A stretch of 60,124 nucleotides of DNA, counting the filler, from Sphacelaria rigidula (lineage: Eukaryota): the NCBI GenBank assembly GCA_964200075.2. It is 5 parts of 5 records of this genome, joined end to end, with 100 filler letters (N's around TTAATTAATTAA, not from the genome) between each part and the next. Parts side by side here need not be neighbours in the genome. Positions count along the whole stretch, not along the records: positions 24,092 to 36,036 come from CAXNAA020004302.1; positions 36,137 to 48,081 come from CAXNAA020004303.1; 3 more parts are not named here. One strand, 5' to 3'. This document shows, one piece after another, positions 26,396-38,886 of the stretch. Both the position numbers and the translations under genes were made by a program. Below the pieces are notes generated by a model. It was not told where the DNA came from and did not search any database. It was given only the letters and a program-made list of their open reading frames with translations. Position 1 is the first letter of the stretch, and every line of letters starts with the position of its first letter.

Positions 26396-26770
26396 ACAGC
26401 CGAGCAATATTGTGATGAGAATGCGAAGGGACGTGATTTGGTTGCCGCGAGTGGGCTGTCTCGCTTTTCATGGGTTGCACAGCTGAATTCCCCATCATCA
26501 GCAGTAAACACGCGTGAAACAAAGCTCTCGGAGAAAGACACGCACAGCTATGTCTAGCAGCACTTCGCCAAGTGAGCAAGCACGCGGACCCATCGGCGGG
26601 TAGTACGGAACAGAGATTCCCAGGAGCGTGGCAATCACGCGCACGGTGCATGAGCACTGTCGTACGGTCGAAGCGTAGACCGCCTCTGACACGAGGGAGA
26701 GCACCAGCACCAGCACCAGCACCAGCACCAGTATCGGCACTGTTTTTTCCAGCCGCACTCTCAACCGTAC
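26396..26770 (+). repeat. Dispersed LTR-like repeat upstream of copia element 2
   Basis: Homologous in reverse orientation to 34010-34440; both copies contain a GCA-rich microsatellite. Confidence 0.75.
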
Positions 26771-27159
26771 ACAGCTGCTGGTGTGGTAAAGACGATGCGG
26801 TTGTTACTGCTACTTCTTCTCGTGTAGGGGGCGGTCCGCCTTTCGACCGTGCGACAATGCTCGTGCACCTTTCGCGTGATTGCTGCTCCGCTGGGGATCC
26901 ATGGTCCGTTTGCGTGTCGTTACTGTCATTGAATTTCCGTCGTTATTGTTTTTTCGTCTTCGACAGGAAACGTGGGTGGTTTGTCGTAATGATACATACA
27001 GCTGAAACGTTGCACAGCGCACCCTTTGGTACAGGCATGTTTTGATGGAAATGCCGTTCATCAGGTTGTCAAATGCACATTGAAATATTGGCGTCCGGAC
27101 GCACCGCATGAACGATTTCGCCATCTTCATCTGTGGGTTGTGATTGTTTTTCATACAAA

Positions 27160-29815
27160 TGGTGAACAGAACCTGACTTTGAATCTGTAGGAAAGCGCAT
27201 CTGTAGAATTAAAGTTCCATCCTGGTGTAATGCGTGAGAGGACCGCGTGCTCAGGGGACCGAATCGGAGTTCAAAGACCTCTATGGTTAGGGTTAGGGAT
27301 AGTGTTACAACCGGTTGGGAAAAATGGCAGATCAAGGTGGTAGGCCTGTTCCACAAGTAGACGAGCAGCAGGGTTTTCTTGAACGGTTAGGGATGGTGAC
27401 TAGTCAGCTTAGTTCCATGGCTGAGCTATTGCGTGACTTGCAGATACACAAAACTGCAATAAAGAGTGAGGTAAATGACATAAGGATAGTAAGAGAGTCC
27501 GGGGGCGCAGAAACCAATGGCCCCCTCGATAGTGACGACTCCCATAGTACACGGAGGGAATCCAGAACAAATATCAGTACAGTAGAGCGAAGAAGTGCCG
27601 GAGTTCGAATAGACCGCCAGTACATCGGGACTCAAGCCGGACCGGAGAAAGGAGCTCGCGATGCGGGAGGCCACGAAGCCAGAGGCGATGGGGCTGCGGG
27701 CTTTGTCTCCGAAAATGAGTCAGTATATGTGTACAATTCAAGTGGAAATTTACCAGGAGTGACCGGTATTCGACAGAACATGCCCTCAACTTCCAGGGGA
27801 AAACGCATAGTTTGCTCGGTACAAACTTGAGCTGATCAACATCGCGAGGGCGAAGGAATTGAGTGGGTGTTTTACCATGGCCGGCGACAGTTCGCACGGC
27901 GTAGATGCTGGTGACCCTGAACTATCACTGGGATATCTGGAGATTTGATACGGCAAGGACCTTCGTGGCAGCACAACTGAGGCCAAGACGGATACTTGTT
28001 GCTAGCCTGGAAGGCAAGAGAGAGCAAAGTATCTTGCTCAACTTCATTCAGCTGGTGCAGTCTGGAGATAACTTGGAGACGTTTTTCGACTCAAAACAAA
28101 TGGGGAAGTCTGGCGTTGTTGGAGAAACTTGATGGAGTCAAGATTGGTGTTCGTGACAATCCGGAGCAGGAGCCGGTCGAAACGGAAGAAATTGCACGAG
28201 AGCTTAATTCATACAAGTAACATTAACCCCTAAGCGAAGACCATATCCTCATAAAATATCTCAACGCCTTGCCGTACGACTATCATCAGAAGCAATTGCT
28301 CGAGGATCGAAAGGGGCCGCTGACACGGGAGGTTATGATAAACTCGGTCCGAATGCGCTTCGAGTCGGCCCCGTTGAAGGAGGAACTTGCCCGGGGAAAG
28401 AAGCCATCCCCGGGTGACCAGGCTCTCCTCGCCAGGGTTGGGACAGAACACCGAGCGGTGCACACCACAAAGGAAAACCGAGGGCTCTGTTCAGAAAAAT
28501 GGCGGGAGCCAGTCTTCGAATAGCTCTGGGTCGACATCGTCGGACGGCGAACCGGCGACTGTGCAGCTGATCCGCTCCCACATTCGCGAAGAGGACACGA
28601 TACACCGCGCCAGGGACGGCCCGAAGAGATACCGCGAGAGGTGCGGTCAACAGGGGCACAAGTCCTGGGCCTGTCCGAGATCGGCAGTGGATAAAGGAGA
28701 TATGGCGATGGCGATGGGTGCAAACAACGACAGCGAAGACTCTTCCGTTTGCTCGGACGCGGACGGGGAGGCGTTCGCCTCTTTCGACACCACCGTCGTT
28801 GGGTAGGGGGTTGCTAAACGTACGAATTGTGTATTGGGCGGGGGGTTGATAAACAGCAGGGTGGGGGCGACCCGTGGGTGTTTGACACGGGTGCTACCCA
28901 GCATTTCCCCCCCGATTCAGTTTGGATGACGGAGTACAGAGAGGTCAGAGTAGGGTACTAACATGCGCGGGTGGTAGTACTTACTCGATCGTAGGCAGAG
29001 AAAATTTGTATCTTGCTTTCAGACCTGACGGACAGGATGTGATAGTCAGATGAATGGATGTTGATCATGTACCTGATGTCCGTCATCACCTCTTGTCACG
29101 CACAAGGATCCAAAACAGTTGACACACCAACACTGGTTTTTGTGGAGGTTTCAGGGTAGATCTCATTTCAGGCAACACACTGAAAATACCCGGACCAACT
29201 CGTCAACTGAAAATGTATGCCCACCGCCTTGATTAAAATGGTGGTGACAAGTGTGTTTCGGCATATCCTGTGGTTGCCCCGGGGGCTCCGTCTAGCCCCC
29301 AGATCGTTTATATAAACGATTTTTCACTGTGCGCACGCCCATGTTCACGAGAACCTACTACGAAGACCGCGGAGCAGCTGGGAGTGCAGCTGACTGGAGA
29401 GTCGCAGCCCTGCCGCGGTTGCTCAGAAGCAAAGGGACTAAGACGGCCGGTTCCAAGAACGACACAAACAAGAGCAGTTAAATCAGCGTCTACAGTGTTT
29501 GTAGATCTTTCTGGCTCAAAACCAGTCAAGTCTCATGGGAGACAGTGGTACACGATGATACTCCGAGGTGATTACTCACTACTAACGCACTTTTATTTCC
29601 AACTCACGAAGGATGAGGCAAAGCGATACTTCACGAAATACATTGCAGGGATTTCTTCAAAAAAGGTCGAGATAGTCTGCGATGACGGGGTTAAATTCTC
29701 GGAGGGCTGATTTGGTGAGCTGTGTGACAAGGAAACGATCAAGCAGGGAACAACAACTCCCGTCTCACCCCAGTCTAATGGCGTTGCAGAGCGGGCATTA
29801 GGCATGATCGAACAA
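27160..29815 (+). mobile_element. Ty1/copia element 2, decayed (gag-protease-integrase; RT missing)
   Basis: Candidate CA-aa-TGG LTR/PBS junction 27156-27162; gag (KYLNALPYDY, knuckle RCGQQGHKSWAC); protease WVFDTGATQH ~28875; integrase PCRGCSEAK, VFVDLSG, SPQSNGVAERA. Many stops and frameshifts. Confidence 0.9.
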
Positions 29816-30548
29816 CCATGTCTATCACACGGTAGCAAACTTCGAGCTACCGTTCACTCCGCATGCCAAGAAGGTCTCTACGAGTGTTTGATCTCTCGTA
29901 CACCCCCACAACCCGGGTGTAACAGACCTGTCCTTGTCAACGGTGCACAGAGGCCGTGTAAAATCAAACATGACGATATCAACCCCCACCAAGTTGGGAT
30001 TGTATCTTCTTATTGCCACAACGCCGTCCTTGCTAGCATGTGTGTGATAGAGAACAGTAGCGGTGACGGGAACGTTGCCCTGCTCTTCGATGACATGTTC
30101 TGCAACGCACAGAGGCGCTTGCTGTCTAAAAATAGAGGCAGAGAGGATTCAATATTTGCATTGGTCAGCGCCACAGATAAGAGAAGGTTATGTCAGTCAA
30201 GATGCGACACCTCTCGACACCTCGAGATTTTTGGGGGGATTGCGCAGCGATGAAGTCCCTGCCGGCATATGGAATCATGGGTAATGCGTATGTGCCGGTA
30301 ACATGAGATGCTTATCTCTCCAGCGATTGGGAATCCCCGAACGAAGACATACAAAAGACACGAGCGAGGAGCTTCCTCTCCGCCGTTGCTCCTCCGGTGG
30401 TTTCGTCATCGACACGCACACGTGAACTCCATATTGATTAACTATGGTGCAGACTTTGTTTTCCCAAGGGTGGTTTCCGTTGGCATACTGTTTGGCATCA
30501 AACCTACATTTTAGTCCTACCACTTGAACCTCGTGTTTATGTTCAACG

Positions 30549-30657
30549 CACGGGTGATCACTGGGGTGCCTGTAACCTCAACTCGGATGTTACAGACGTT
30601 GTGCAACGTCTGTAACGCCCAAATTTGAGGTGAAAGGCACCACAGTGGCCACCCGTG
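30549..30657. mobile_element. 109-bp palindromic MITE (CACGGGTG...CACCCGTG), copy 1
   Basis: Near-complete self-complementarity; second 109-bp copy at 30989-31097. Confidence 0.8.
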
Positions 30658-30988
30658 CGCCATTTTCAAGAAGACTCGTCTCTTCATTCTTCTGCTGCTC
30701 TTTTTCGACAGGACGCCCCTCCTTGCGCTGCACAACACGTCGTCGAAAAGCAGGCAGATGTTCCTGTCGCCGCTACCGTTATCACACACACACACATACC
30801 AGCAAGGACGGTTGCGGCAATACGTTCCAAGCACAACTTGGAGCGTGTTATTGTCATCGTTGTTGTTTGTACCCGACATCTGCACCTGTGTGTGCACGAC
30901 GAGGACAGCAGTCTGCCAAACCCCACTGGGGGATGTATGAGGTATCAAACACTCGCGGAGACCGTCGTAGCCTGCGGGGTGAAAGAAA

Positions 30989-31097
30989 CACGGGTGGCCA
31001 CTGGGGTGCCTGCAACCTCGAATTTGGACGTTACTGACATTGCACATGGTCTATAACGCCCAATGTCAGTTTACAGGCACCCCAGTGGTCACCCGTG
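30989..31097. mobile_element. 109-bp palindromic MITE, copy 2
   Basis: Present in one host-repeat copy, absent at the homologous site of the copies near 32795 and 35725. Confidence 0.8.
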
Positions 31098-31222
31098 GAT
31101 ACCTCTGGCGGTGACCTAACATTTGCTGGCGTGACCCATAGGGGGGCGGTCATCCTGTAATCTGAGCTTCTTATATGCGCAACTGGTCGGGTGCTCACCA
31201 AGCTATGTGGATGTGTGTTTAC

Positions 31223-31227
31223 GTGTG

Positions 31228-31306
<79 letters not shown>

Positions 31307-31320
31307 GTGTGTGTGTGTGT
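31223..31320. repeat. (GT)n microsatellite
   Basis: Direct reading; short counterpart (CA)n at 32664-32688 in the inverted arm. Confidence 0.95.
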
Positions 31321-31407
31321 TCCGAACATTCTCGTGTGAAGAGGCCATTACAAGCTGGGGCGAGATGTGGTTTCACGAGGAACAAGGGTGTTCTATGATT
31401 GATCACA

Positions 31408-32148
31408 TGCCGTTGCATTTGCTATCCACGCCGTCAGCCGCCGACCGCGAAGGACTTGCCTAAGAAAAGCTTTCAAGCAGCATGGTCGGCAGTACGTCAG
31501 ACAAGCCCGGATATGGCTTTCGTTGCTCTACTCACGGTACAATCACCGTAGCACCGAACTGTGCAATCGTTGTACAATGGAACAGTTTCGTCTCTTCATC
31601 CTATTCCAAAACCTCAGAACGCCTCTCAAGAGCTGCGGAAAAGTGCTAGCTTTGGGCTTCGTAAAACGTGCGAAGATACTGTCGAATAGTTACGCCAAAC
31701 TCTTGTGGGATTGAGATGAAGCGATTAGTATAGAACCGAACTGAAATGGGTAGGTTCACGTTCGAAATAGAGTTTTGTGCAATAAAACGCTTCGCAGTTG
31801 GGAAAATGCGGAATTTAATTTAGATAAAATTATCTGTGCCCATCAATGTTCCATAGAGTTTGCAAAAAATGTGTCGTCGTTTGTTATACCTAGCGGGAAC
31901 CGGGGAACGCAACCCTCCAGCAACTTTTGAGAGCCATTTTGGTTCTTTGGAATAGGATGAAGAGACGAAACTGTTCCATTGTACAACGATTGCATTGTTC
32001 GGTGATACGGTGATTGTACTATGAGTAGAGCAACGAAAGCCATGTCCGGGCTTGTCTGACGCACTGCCGATAACGTTGCTTGAAAGCTCTTCTTAGGCAA
32101 GACGATCGTGGTCGGCGGCTGACGGCGTGGGTAGCAAAGACAACGGCA
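31408..32148. repeat. Inverted repeat, ~230-bp arms
   Basis: TGCCGTTG...CAACGGCA termini; 31408-31640 pairs with 31915-32148. Confidence 0.9.
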
Positions 32149-32150
32149 AA

Positions 32151-32577
32151 TAACAGAGGAGTCTATAAAATGAGGTTCACCAATGAAATGAGGTTCGAGC
32201 TCAACACAATACTTTCTCTACGCTTTCAGCGATGGTGACCAATGACTTTCTTGTCGGCCTAATGCCCCTTGATCGCGTAGATACTTCTTCAGCGCATTTT
32301 ATCGACTCTGTGAGCTTACAGCGCCGTCCGAAACCGCCATTTCTACTTATTTTTTAGGGTGGGTGATGTCAGGGAAAACAGCAGTTTCGGTCAGCGCTGT
32401 AAGCTCAGCGTCGGTAAAATGCGCTGAAATAAGTATCTACGCGATCGAGGGGCATTAGGCCGACAAAAACGTCATCGGGCACCANNNNNNNNNNTGAAAG
32501 TGTGGAGAAAGTACTGTTTTGGGCTCGAACCTCATCTCATTGATGAACCTCATTTTATAGCATCCTGCTTCTGTTAA
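32151..32577. repeat. Inverted repeat, ~190-bp arms
   Basis: 32151-32345 pairs with 32375-32577 (contains a 10-N gap). Confidence 0.88.
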
Positions 32578-34039
32578 ACGGTTGATCATAGAACACCCTT
32601 GCTCCTCGTGAAACCACATCTCGCCCCAGCTTGTAATGGCCTCTTCACACGACAATTTTCGGAACACACACACACACACACTCACACATAGCCTGGGGGG
32701 CACCCGACCAGTTGCGAATAAGAAAAGCTCAGATACAGGATGACCGCCCCCCTATGGGTCACGCCAGCAAACGTTAGGTCACCGCCAGAGGTATCTTCTT
32801 CCACTCCGCAGGCTACGACGGTCTCCACGAGTGTTTGATACCTCATACATCCCCCAACTGGGGTGTGGTAGACTGTTGTCCTCGTCGTGCACACACGGGT
32901 GCAGATGTCGGGTACAAACAACAACGATGACAACAACACGCTCCAAGTTGTGCTTGAATATTATTGCCGCAACCGTCCTTGCTGGCATGTGTGTGTGCGT
33001 GATAACGGTAGCGGTGACAGGAACATCTCCCTTCTTTTCGACGACGTGTTGTGCAGCGCACAGAGGCACGTCCTGTCCAAAAAGAGAGACAGAGAGGAAT
33101 AGATATTTGCATTGGTCAGCGCCATATGTTACAGGATGGATAGTGACCCTGTATGAAAGACTATGGCGCACTCCGATCGCGGCACCACCCCATCTTCAGC
33201 CTAGTGACGAAAGGAAGAATATGGAAGTATAAACGCGTTGGAAGCCCTTCTGAGATCAGAACGATCCGATACGCGATACCCAACCAATCCGAAGGCAAGT
33301 TATAATAGATCGTCCCCCGATATTGACATTGCACTTCACCATTGCTGACCGCTGACGACGCTACCTTCCGCCAAGGATCTACCTACATGCTGAGCACGGT
33401 GCTCGCGTGTATCTTCACTTCTGCTACAGGACTCAAACAGGCATGATCTACCCGGTGTTGATGTGTGATTTCTACCGTAGACGGTACAGAGGGATGTAGT
33501 TATAGTAATTATGTGGCGATTGAGGTCTGACGTAGAACGTATCCCCGACTAGTAGAAGTCCCTCCACATCTAACGTAGGTACATAAATTTTGCTTGTGTG
33601 ACACATAAACAAGAGACGACAATCCTCAGCATCCCTATCTTCTTTGAGGGTAGTGCAACAATAACCCGCCTCCCGGCACACGACAAAATTGGGTATGTGC
33701 TGGTCACATGATGCTAATCCCTCCAGCGACGAGGAATCGTCGAACGAGGGCACACAGAGGACACGGACGGAGAGCATTTTCTCCATCGCTACTCCTCCGG
33801 TGGTATCGTCATCGACACGCGTGTACACCGCGTTCATTCGGATCAGCTAGCCACGCCTGCTTAACTGCTACATATTGTTTTTGCGACGGTGTTTTCCCTT
33901 AGCATATCTGTTTGGCAGCAATAAACGTACATTAGTGTTATGCCATTTGAATCCAATTCTCATGTTAATCCCTTTTTTCGAGGCTCGTCTGTTACCTGTG
34001 AACGGTTGGGCGTGCGGCTGAATTGGCCACTGTCGATAC

Positions 34040-34042
34040 TAC

Positions 34043-34089
<47 letters not shown>

Positions 34090-34130
34090 CTGCTGCTCTT
34101 GCTGCTCTTGCTGCTCTTGCTGCTCTTCCT
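34040..34130. repeat. (CTG)n / CTGCTCTTG microsatellite
   Basis: Direct reading. Confidence 0.9.
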
Positions 34131-36036
34131 TGAGCGAGAGACGATGTGCGCCTCAACCGTACGATAATACCCAAGGACCTTGCGCGTGATTGCCACTCTC
34201 CTGAGAATATTTGTCCGTACTACCCGCGCCGACGGGTTCGTGCTTGCAAAGTGCTGCGAGACATCGCTGGGCGTGTCTCTCCGGGAGCTACAGATGTTGG
34301 ATGTATGTTCCACGCGTGTCTACTGCTGATGATAGGGAAGCTAGCTGTACACCCCATGAGGCGTCAAACAGAACAGTCCCCTCGCGGCACTATTTTACGT
34401 CCCTTTCGCATTCTCATCGCCATGTCGCTCGGCTTCTATTTTTTGGGGCAACATACGAACAAAATTACAACCTCAAAATTTATAACAAAATAGACTGCTC
34501 TGCTTCGCATCGCGCTTCCAATTTTCTTTTTCCCTTTTCCTTTGTGACGCTACTTCTTATGTATCTAAAAATATAACTCGTGTCTAATGCCGACATAGCC
34601 CCCGCACACAGAGAGCACCGGAGACCGTCCGGCAAACCGGCTGCGATCCCATTTATGGGCTCGTTTAAAGCAATTTCGCCTACATGAGAGGCGATAGCAG
34701 TCCGGAATTAGCTATGACGCCCAAATGAGTCCCGTCGTGCAGCACGAAACCAGCTCTAACGCATTTATTATCATCGCCACCGTACACTCTTTTTGGCCGG
34801 TCCGGGGGGGGAGCTATCTCGGCAGCTGTCTCGTTGAAAAATGTTTTATTTCCCTTCACAGTCGTCTTTGCACCGAAAAGAGGGCTCAGCGAATGTTGAC
34901 ACCTTAGAATGACTTGCTATACTCACTGACACCGTTCCAGAGCACCTTTGCGTGTTCCGTAGGTCACAGTTTCGCTCTTGGCCAAAAATTCATTTTCAAT
35001 AACAAACGATCAAGTGATGAAAAAATGACAGTGGATCCTAGGAAATGGAGTTGATACAAAATATGGGGTTGAAGTGGCATTTCTCTCTTGCAGGGAAGAC
35101 GCGAAACACTTGCGACCGAGCGAAGACATCTTCCCCCCAAATGTCCGCAGCAGTTAGTTCACCAGCTGTGGCTAGGTGCACCTAACGAATGCGGTGTACA
35201 CGCGTGTCGATGACGATACCACTAGAGAGAGAAGCAACGAGAAAGAGGAAGCTCCTCGCCCGTGTCCTTTGTGTGTCCACGCTCGGCGATTACCAAACTC
35301 TCGAGAGACTGGCATCATCGATCTTACCAGCATGTGCCAATCTTTCCATGTCCCGAAACACCGAGCTGCGGAGAGATTCCGTCGTATCTTCTTGCCAGTC
35401 GCCAGCGCGAAGATCGATTTCTCTCTTCCTCTCCTTTTGGACAGGACGCGCCTTTGTGCGCTGGAAAACATGTCGTTGAAAAAACAGGGCAATCTTCCCG
35501 TCACCGCTACTACTGTTGTCTGTCACACACATGCCAGCAAGGGCGGTGCGGCGGCGGCAATAACAGATAGATCCAATTTGAATTCAGGGGGTGTTATTCA
35601 TCGTTGAGTTTACCCACATCTGACCCTCTGGGTGCCCGACGAGAACAGCCTGCCACACGCCAGTTGAGGGGGGTGTATGAGATACCAAACACTTGTAGAG
35701 ACCTTTTCGACATGCGGAGTGAAAAACGATACCTATGGTGGTGACCTAACTGTTGCTAGCGTGGCGCATAGGCAACGTGCAGCACACGCTGGTCGCGTGA
35801 ACAGCTCGGTACAGTAGGAGTAGCTTCCCATACGTAATAACTAATCCGATGTCAGGAGGACGTGGTCACGGTAACCAACGGCATCGAAGTCGCAAGACCT
35901 GTGAGAGCTAGAGAGTTTGATTTTTATTATCTGCATGCACAAAATTGAAACGGTCCTGAAAACCTGAGGGAAGGTGGCCGCTTCGGGTCCAGTCAAACAT
36001 CCGAAGAAACTGTCGAACAGCAATACGAAACGTTTC

Positions 36037-36136
36037 NNNNNNNNNNNNNNNNNNNNNNNNNNNNNNNNNNNNNNNNNNNNTTAATTAATTAANNNNNNNN
36101 NNNNNNNNNNNNNNNNNNNNNNNNNNNNNNNNNNNN
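36037..36136. other. Artificial contig linker 3
   Basis: 44N + TTAATTAATTAA (36081-36092) + 44N. Confidence 0.97.
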
Positions 36137-36743
36137 CGATTTCAAGTAAAAAAAAGTATGCATGATCCAGAAAGACTAATCTCGCGGCCTAAGGGTTAAC
36201 CTCGACGTCGACCGGGTGCTGTACTCCGGGCCTCTCCTTCCCGACCGGAGATACAGCAGCGCAACTGACATGCCATGTATAGACTCCTCATCCATATCTG
36301 CCATTCGACATCCTCGACAGCTCATTCGGGTTGTTATAATTCAGGTCAAGCAGGGTCAAGTTTGATTCACTCGGCGAGTACGGTCGAACGCTGAGAAAGG
36401 CCCCCAGATATCTCCCATGACGAAGATTGGAGCGATACAACTCTACCCCGACTACCTGATCAAACACACAAGCATGTGGCATTTGCACTGGTCGACACAG
36501 GTTGCAGACCACAGGTTGAACTCAATCGGTGCGATGTGACTTGGCGTGCATGTTAGGCTGACGAAGCGCGCGCGTCGGCCGTCCCCTGCGCCCTGTGCTT
36601 CAGGTCAACCAGAGGGCAACAGCAGCCATGTATGCCTGCGATCAAGACAGTGTCCCCTGCCCTGTCCCGACTACTTTGTAGAGGTGTGTGTTGCGTTCGC
36701 TACGATCAACAATACTAACTGATAGATTTTTGCGGTAACAGGT

Positions 36744-37173
36744 TGTTCAGGAAGCGAACAGTTTACCCATTGAACCAGTTAGCGCTCACTAGTTCAATGG
36801 GTAAACTATTCGCTTCCTGAACAAAAGATATGCTGCGTGGTCCATCCCGGCATGACACATCAGCGATCTCCGGGGCCTCTTGCCCCTCGCAAGCCTCACT
36901 GTCCACGGAGCGCTCACTGGTAGCTCAATGGTCAAATGTTCGCTTCCTGCACAAAAAATATGGAGTTCGAGACTCAGCATGATCAATTGTGGAAGGAAGG
37001 AATTTGAAATGTGGACAGTGAGGCTTGCGAGGGGCAAGAGGCCCCGGAGATCGCTGATGTGTCATGCCGGGATGGACCACGCAGCATATATTTTGTTCAG
37101 GAAGCGAACAGTTTACCCATTGAACCAGTGAGCGCTCACTAGTTCAATGGGTAAACTGTTCGCTTCCTGAACA
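36744..37173. mobile_element. 430-bp TG...CA fold-back element with palindromic 80-bp ends and 5-bp TSD
   Basis: CAGGT at 36739-36743 and 37174-37178; 163-bp TIRs; 80-bp palindromes at 36744-36823 and 37094-37173. Confidence 0.85.
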
Positions 37174-37622
37174 CAGGTATCATGGGGCGGGCGAGGTTCC
37201 CCGTCGTCGCCTCACCACTTGGCCACAGCCAGCCATAAAATAATGCATTGCGGAGTGATTGGCGTCACCGCACCACCCGCCATGCGTAGATCTGTCACAA
37301 AGCGGGAGCCCAGGTTTCCCAAGATCACTGAAGCGGCTCGTTCACGCACTCGGGCGCCTTTCAGGCAGCTAATAGTAAGGCCGTGTCTAATCGAGACAAG
37401 AAAAAAACAAGCACGAAGACAACATGGGTCGAAAAGAAGCGTGTTGATAAGTCGCCGCAACCATAGACCCGCCCGACAGTCAATAATCAGTCTCCAATTT
37501 GTTGCTTTGGACGCTTGTTCCTCTTCGTCGTGACTGTTTGTTTTTTATCTCGATAGACTCTCGAAGACGTGGCCTGAAGTGGCTGAAGGGTAAGCTGTGG
37601 AAGACGAAAACCTGCACACTAC

Positions 37623-37841
37623 AGGTATCTCAAATTTGGTTCCCGGTTTCGTGGTTTATTCGCTGACTCTGGGTGTTGAATGATTTTTTCAAGTGAAACT
37701 GATGGCGGTCTATAGGAGGACCTGATCTGGCGGTCAAAGGGTCTCATCATCTGATAATCAGATGATGAATCGCCATCACTTCCACTTGAAAAAATAGAAG
37801 AAAACAAACCAGGAAACGGGGAACCGAATGTGAGATACCTC
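37623..37841. mobile_element. MITE with AGGTATCTCA TIRs
   Basis: AGGTATCTCAAATTTGGTTCCCGGTTTC ... GAAACGGGGAACCGAATGTGAGATACCT, TA close to each end. Confidence 0.75.
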
Positions 37842-38218
37842 TACTGCTGTGGATTAAGAACAAGCCCGGATAGACAACAAAGTCGTCCCGGCGGGGGTAC
37901 TTACCGGCGTTACCCCTCCAGTAGAGTTTGCCATCACCCCCAGTGGAGTTTTACCACTTGGTGGCTTGGAACTTTCCGACTTACTGGTTCTATAATAGGG
38001 TTGACACTAAAATCCGGATCTCCGATGATGGGGCCTGTGCTCTTAGGCAATCGTATATGCTTCATGGAGGTGCGGTGTGTGTCTCAAACTCACCATTCCC
38101 CACACATATCACGTCATAATAATTTACACTCAAATACATCGGGAACCTCGAGTTTGAGATACCTCTTGTCAAGACCAGCATGGACATTTTAGATATAAAC
38201 CAACCCGTACTTGTACAA

Positions 38219-38552
38219 ATATGGTGATTTTAGCCCGTCTCAGGTCTACAGGCGATTTTCTCCCCCCGTGGATTAATTTTTCGGCCCCAAGTCTGTTGGG
38301 CAATGTTTTTCGCCTGTTATAGCTCTGAGGAAACCAGACCGATTCTCCGATTCTCTGGAGGTTGGCTTTTTTTGTTCATCCTGCTTCATCACCTTTCTGC
38401 TCAGATTGGGAGTTAGATCGGGAGACTCCCGCGTCTCCCCCGATTTGATCTGGTTCCTCACAGCTTGCCGAAAAACATTGCCCAACGGACTGGGGTCGGA
38501 AAAATCAATCGACGGGAGAAAATCGCCAGTAGACGGGCTGAAATCCCCATAT
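38219..38552. mobile_element. MITE, ~40-bp imperfect TIRs
   Basis: ATATGGTGATTTTAGCCCGTCT..GGCGATTTTCTCCC versus GGGAGAAAATCGCC..AGACGGGCTGAAATCCCCATAT. Confidence 0.7.
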
Positions 38553-38886
38553 ATATTATTTGTAAAAGTGAATACGGATTGGTTGCCATAAAAAATGGTC
38601 TCTAGCGCACATATGGGCAACCTTTCACGCCGTGTTTTCGAGTTGAACCCTGAAACTTTGTACACGCGGGTTCCCTCTGAGATATTTGCACACGGGTTCC
38701 CTGAGATATTTTGCGCGCCTCCTGGGACCCCGGATATTTGCCGAAAAACTAACGAATCGAAATACCCCCATTTCAATATCTTAGAGACCAGTGTGCAAAA
38801 TTCAGGGTCTAAACTCGAAAAAACGGCGTGAAGGATCGCTGGGGAGTGAATTCCGGTCGTTCACCCTGATCCAGCCTGTTGTAGAA

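Larger units (their letters stand above)
29835..35770. repeat. Cluster of five copies of one unclassified repeat in alternating orientation
   Basis: Copies at ~29835-30548 (-), 30670-31405 (+), 32583-33125 (-), 33705-33960 (-), 35180-35770 (+) share e.g. GACAGGACG..CCT..TGCGCTG and GTATGAG.TA.CAAACACT.G. Confidence 0.85.

Noticed and set aside
26455-26530. Hammerhead ribozyme (minus strand CTGATGA...GAAA)
   Set aside because: Stem II closes with a U-U mismatch, stem I cannot form, and the homologous copy at ~34326 lacks GAAA.
31031-31463. ORFs with THTH/CVCV, poly-L, poly-S or poly-Y runs (also 13163-13665, 33940-34313)
   Set aside because: Translations of microsatellites.
34010-34440. 3' LTR of copia element 2
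   Set aside because: Opposite orientation to, and quite diverged from, the 26396-26770 copy.
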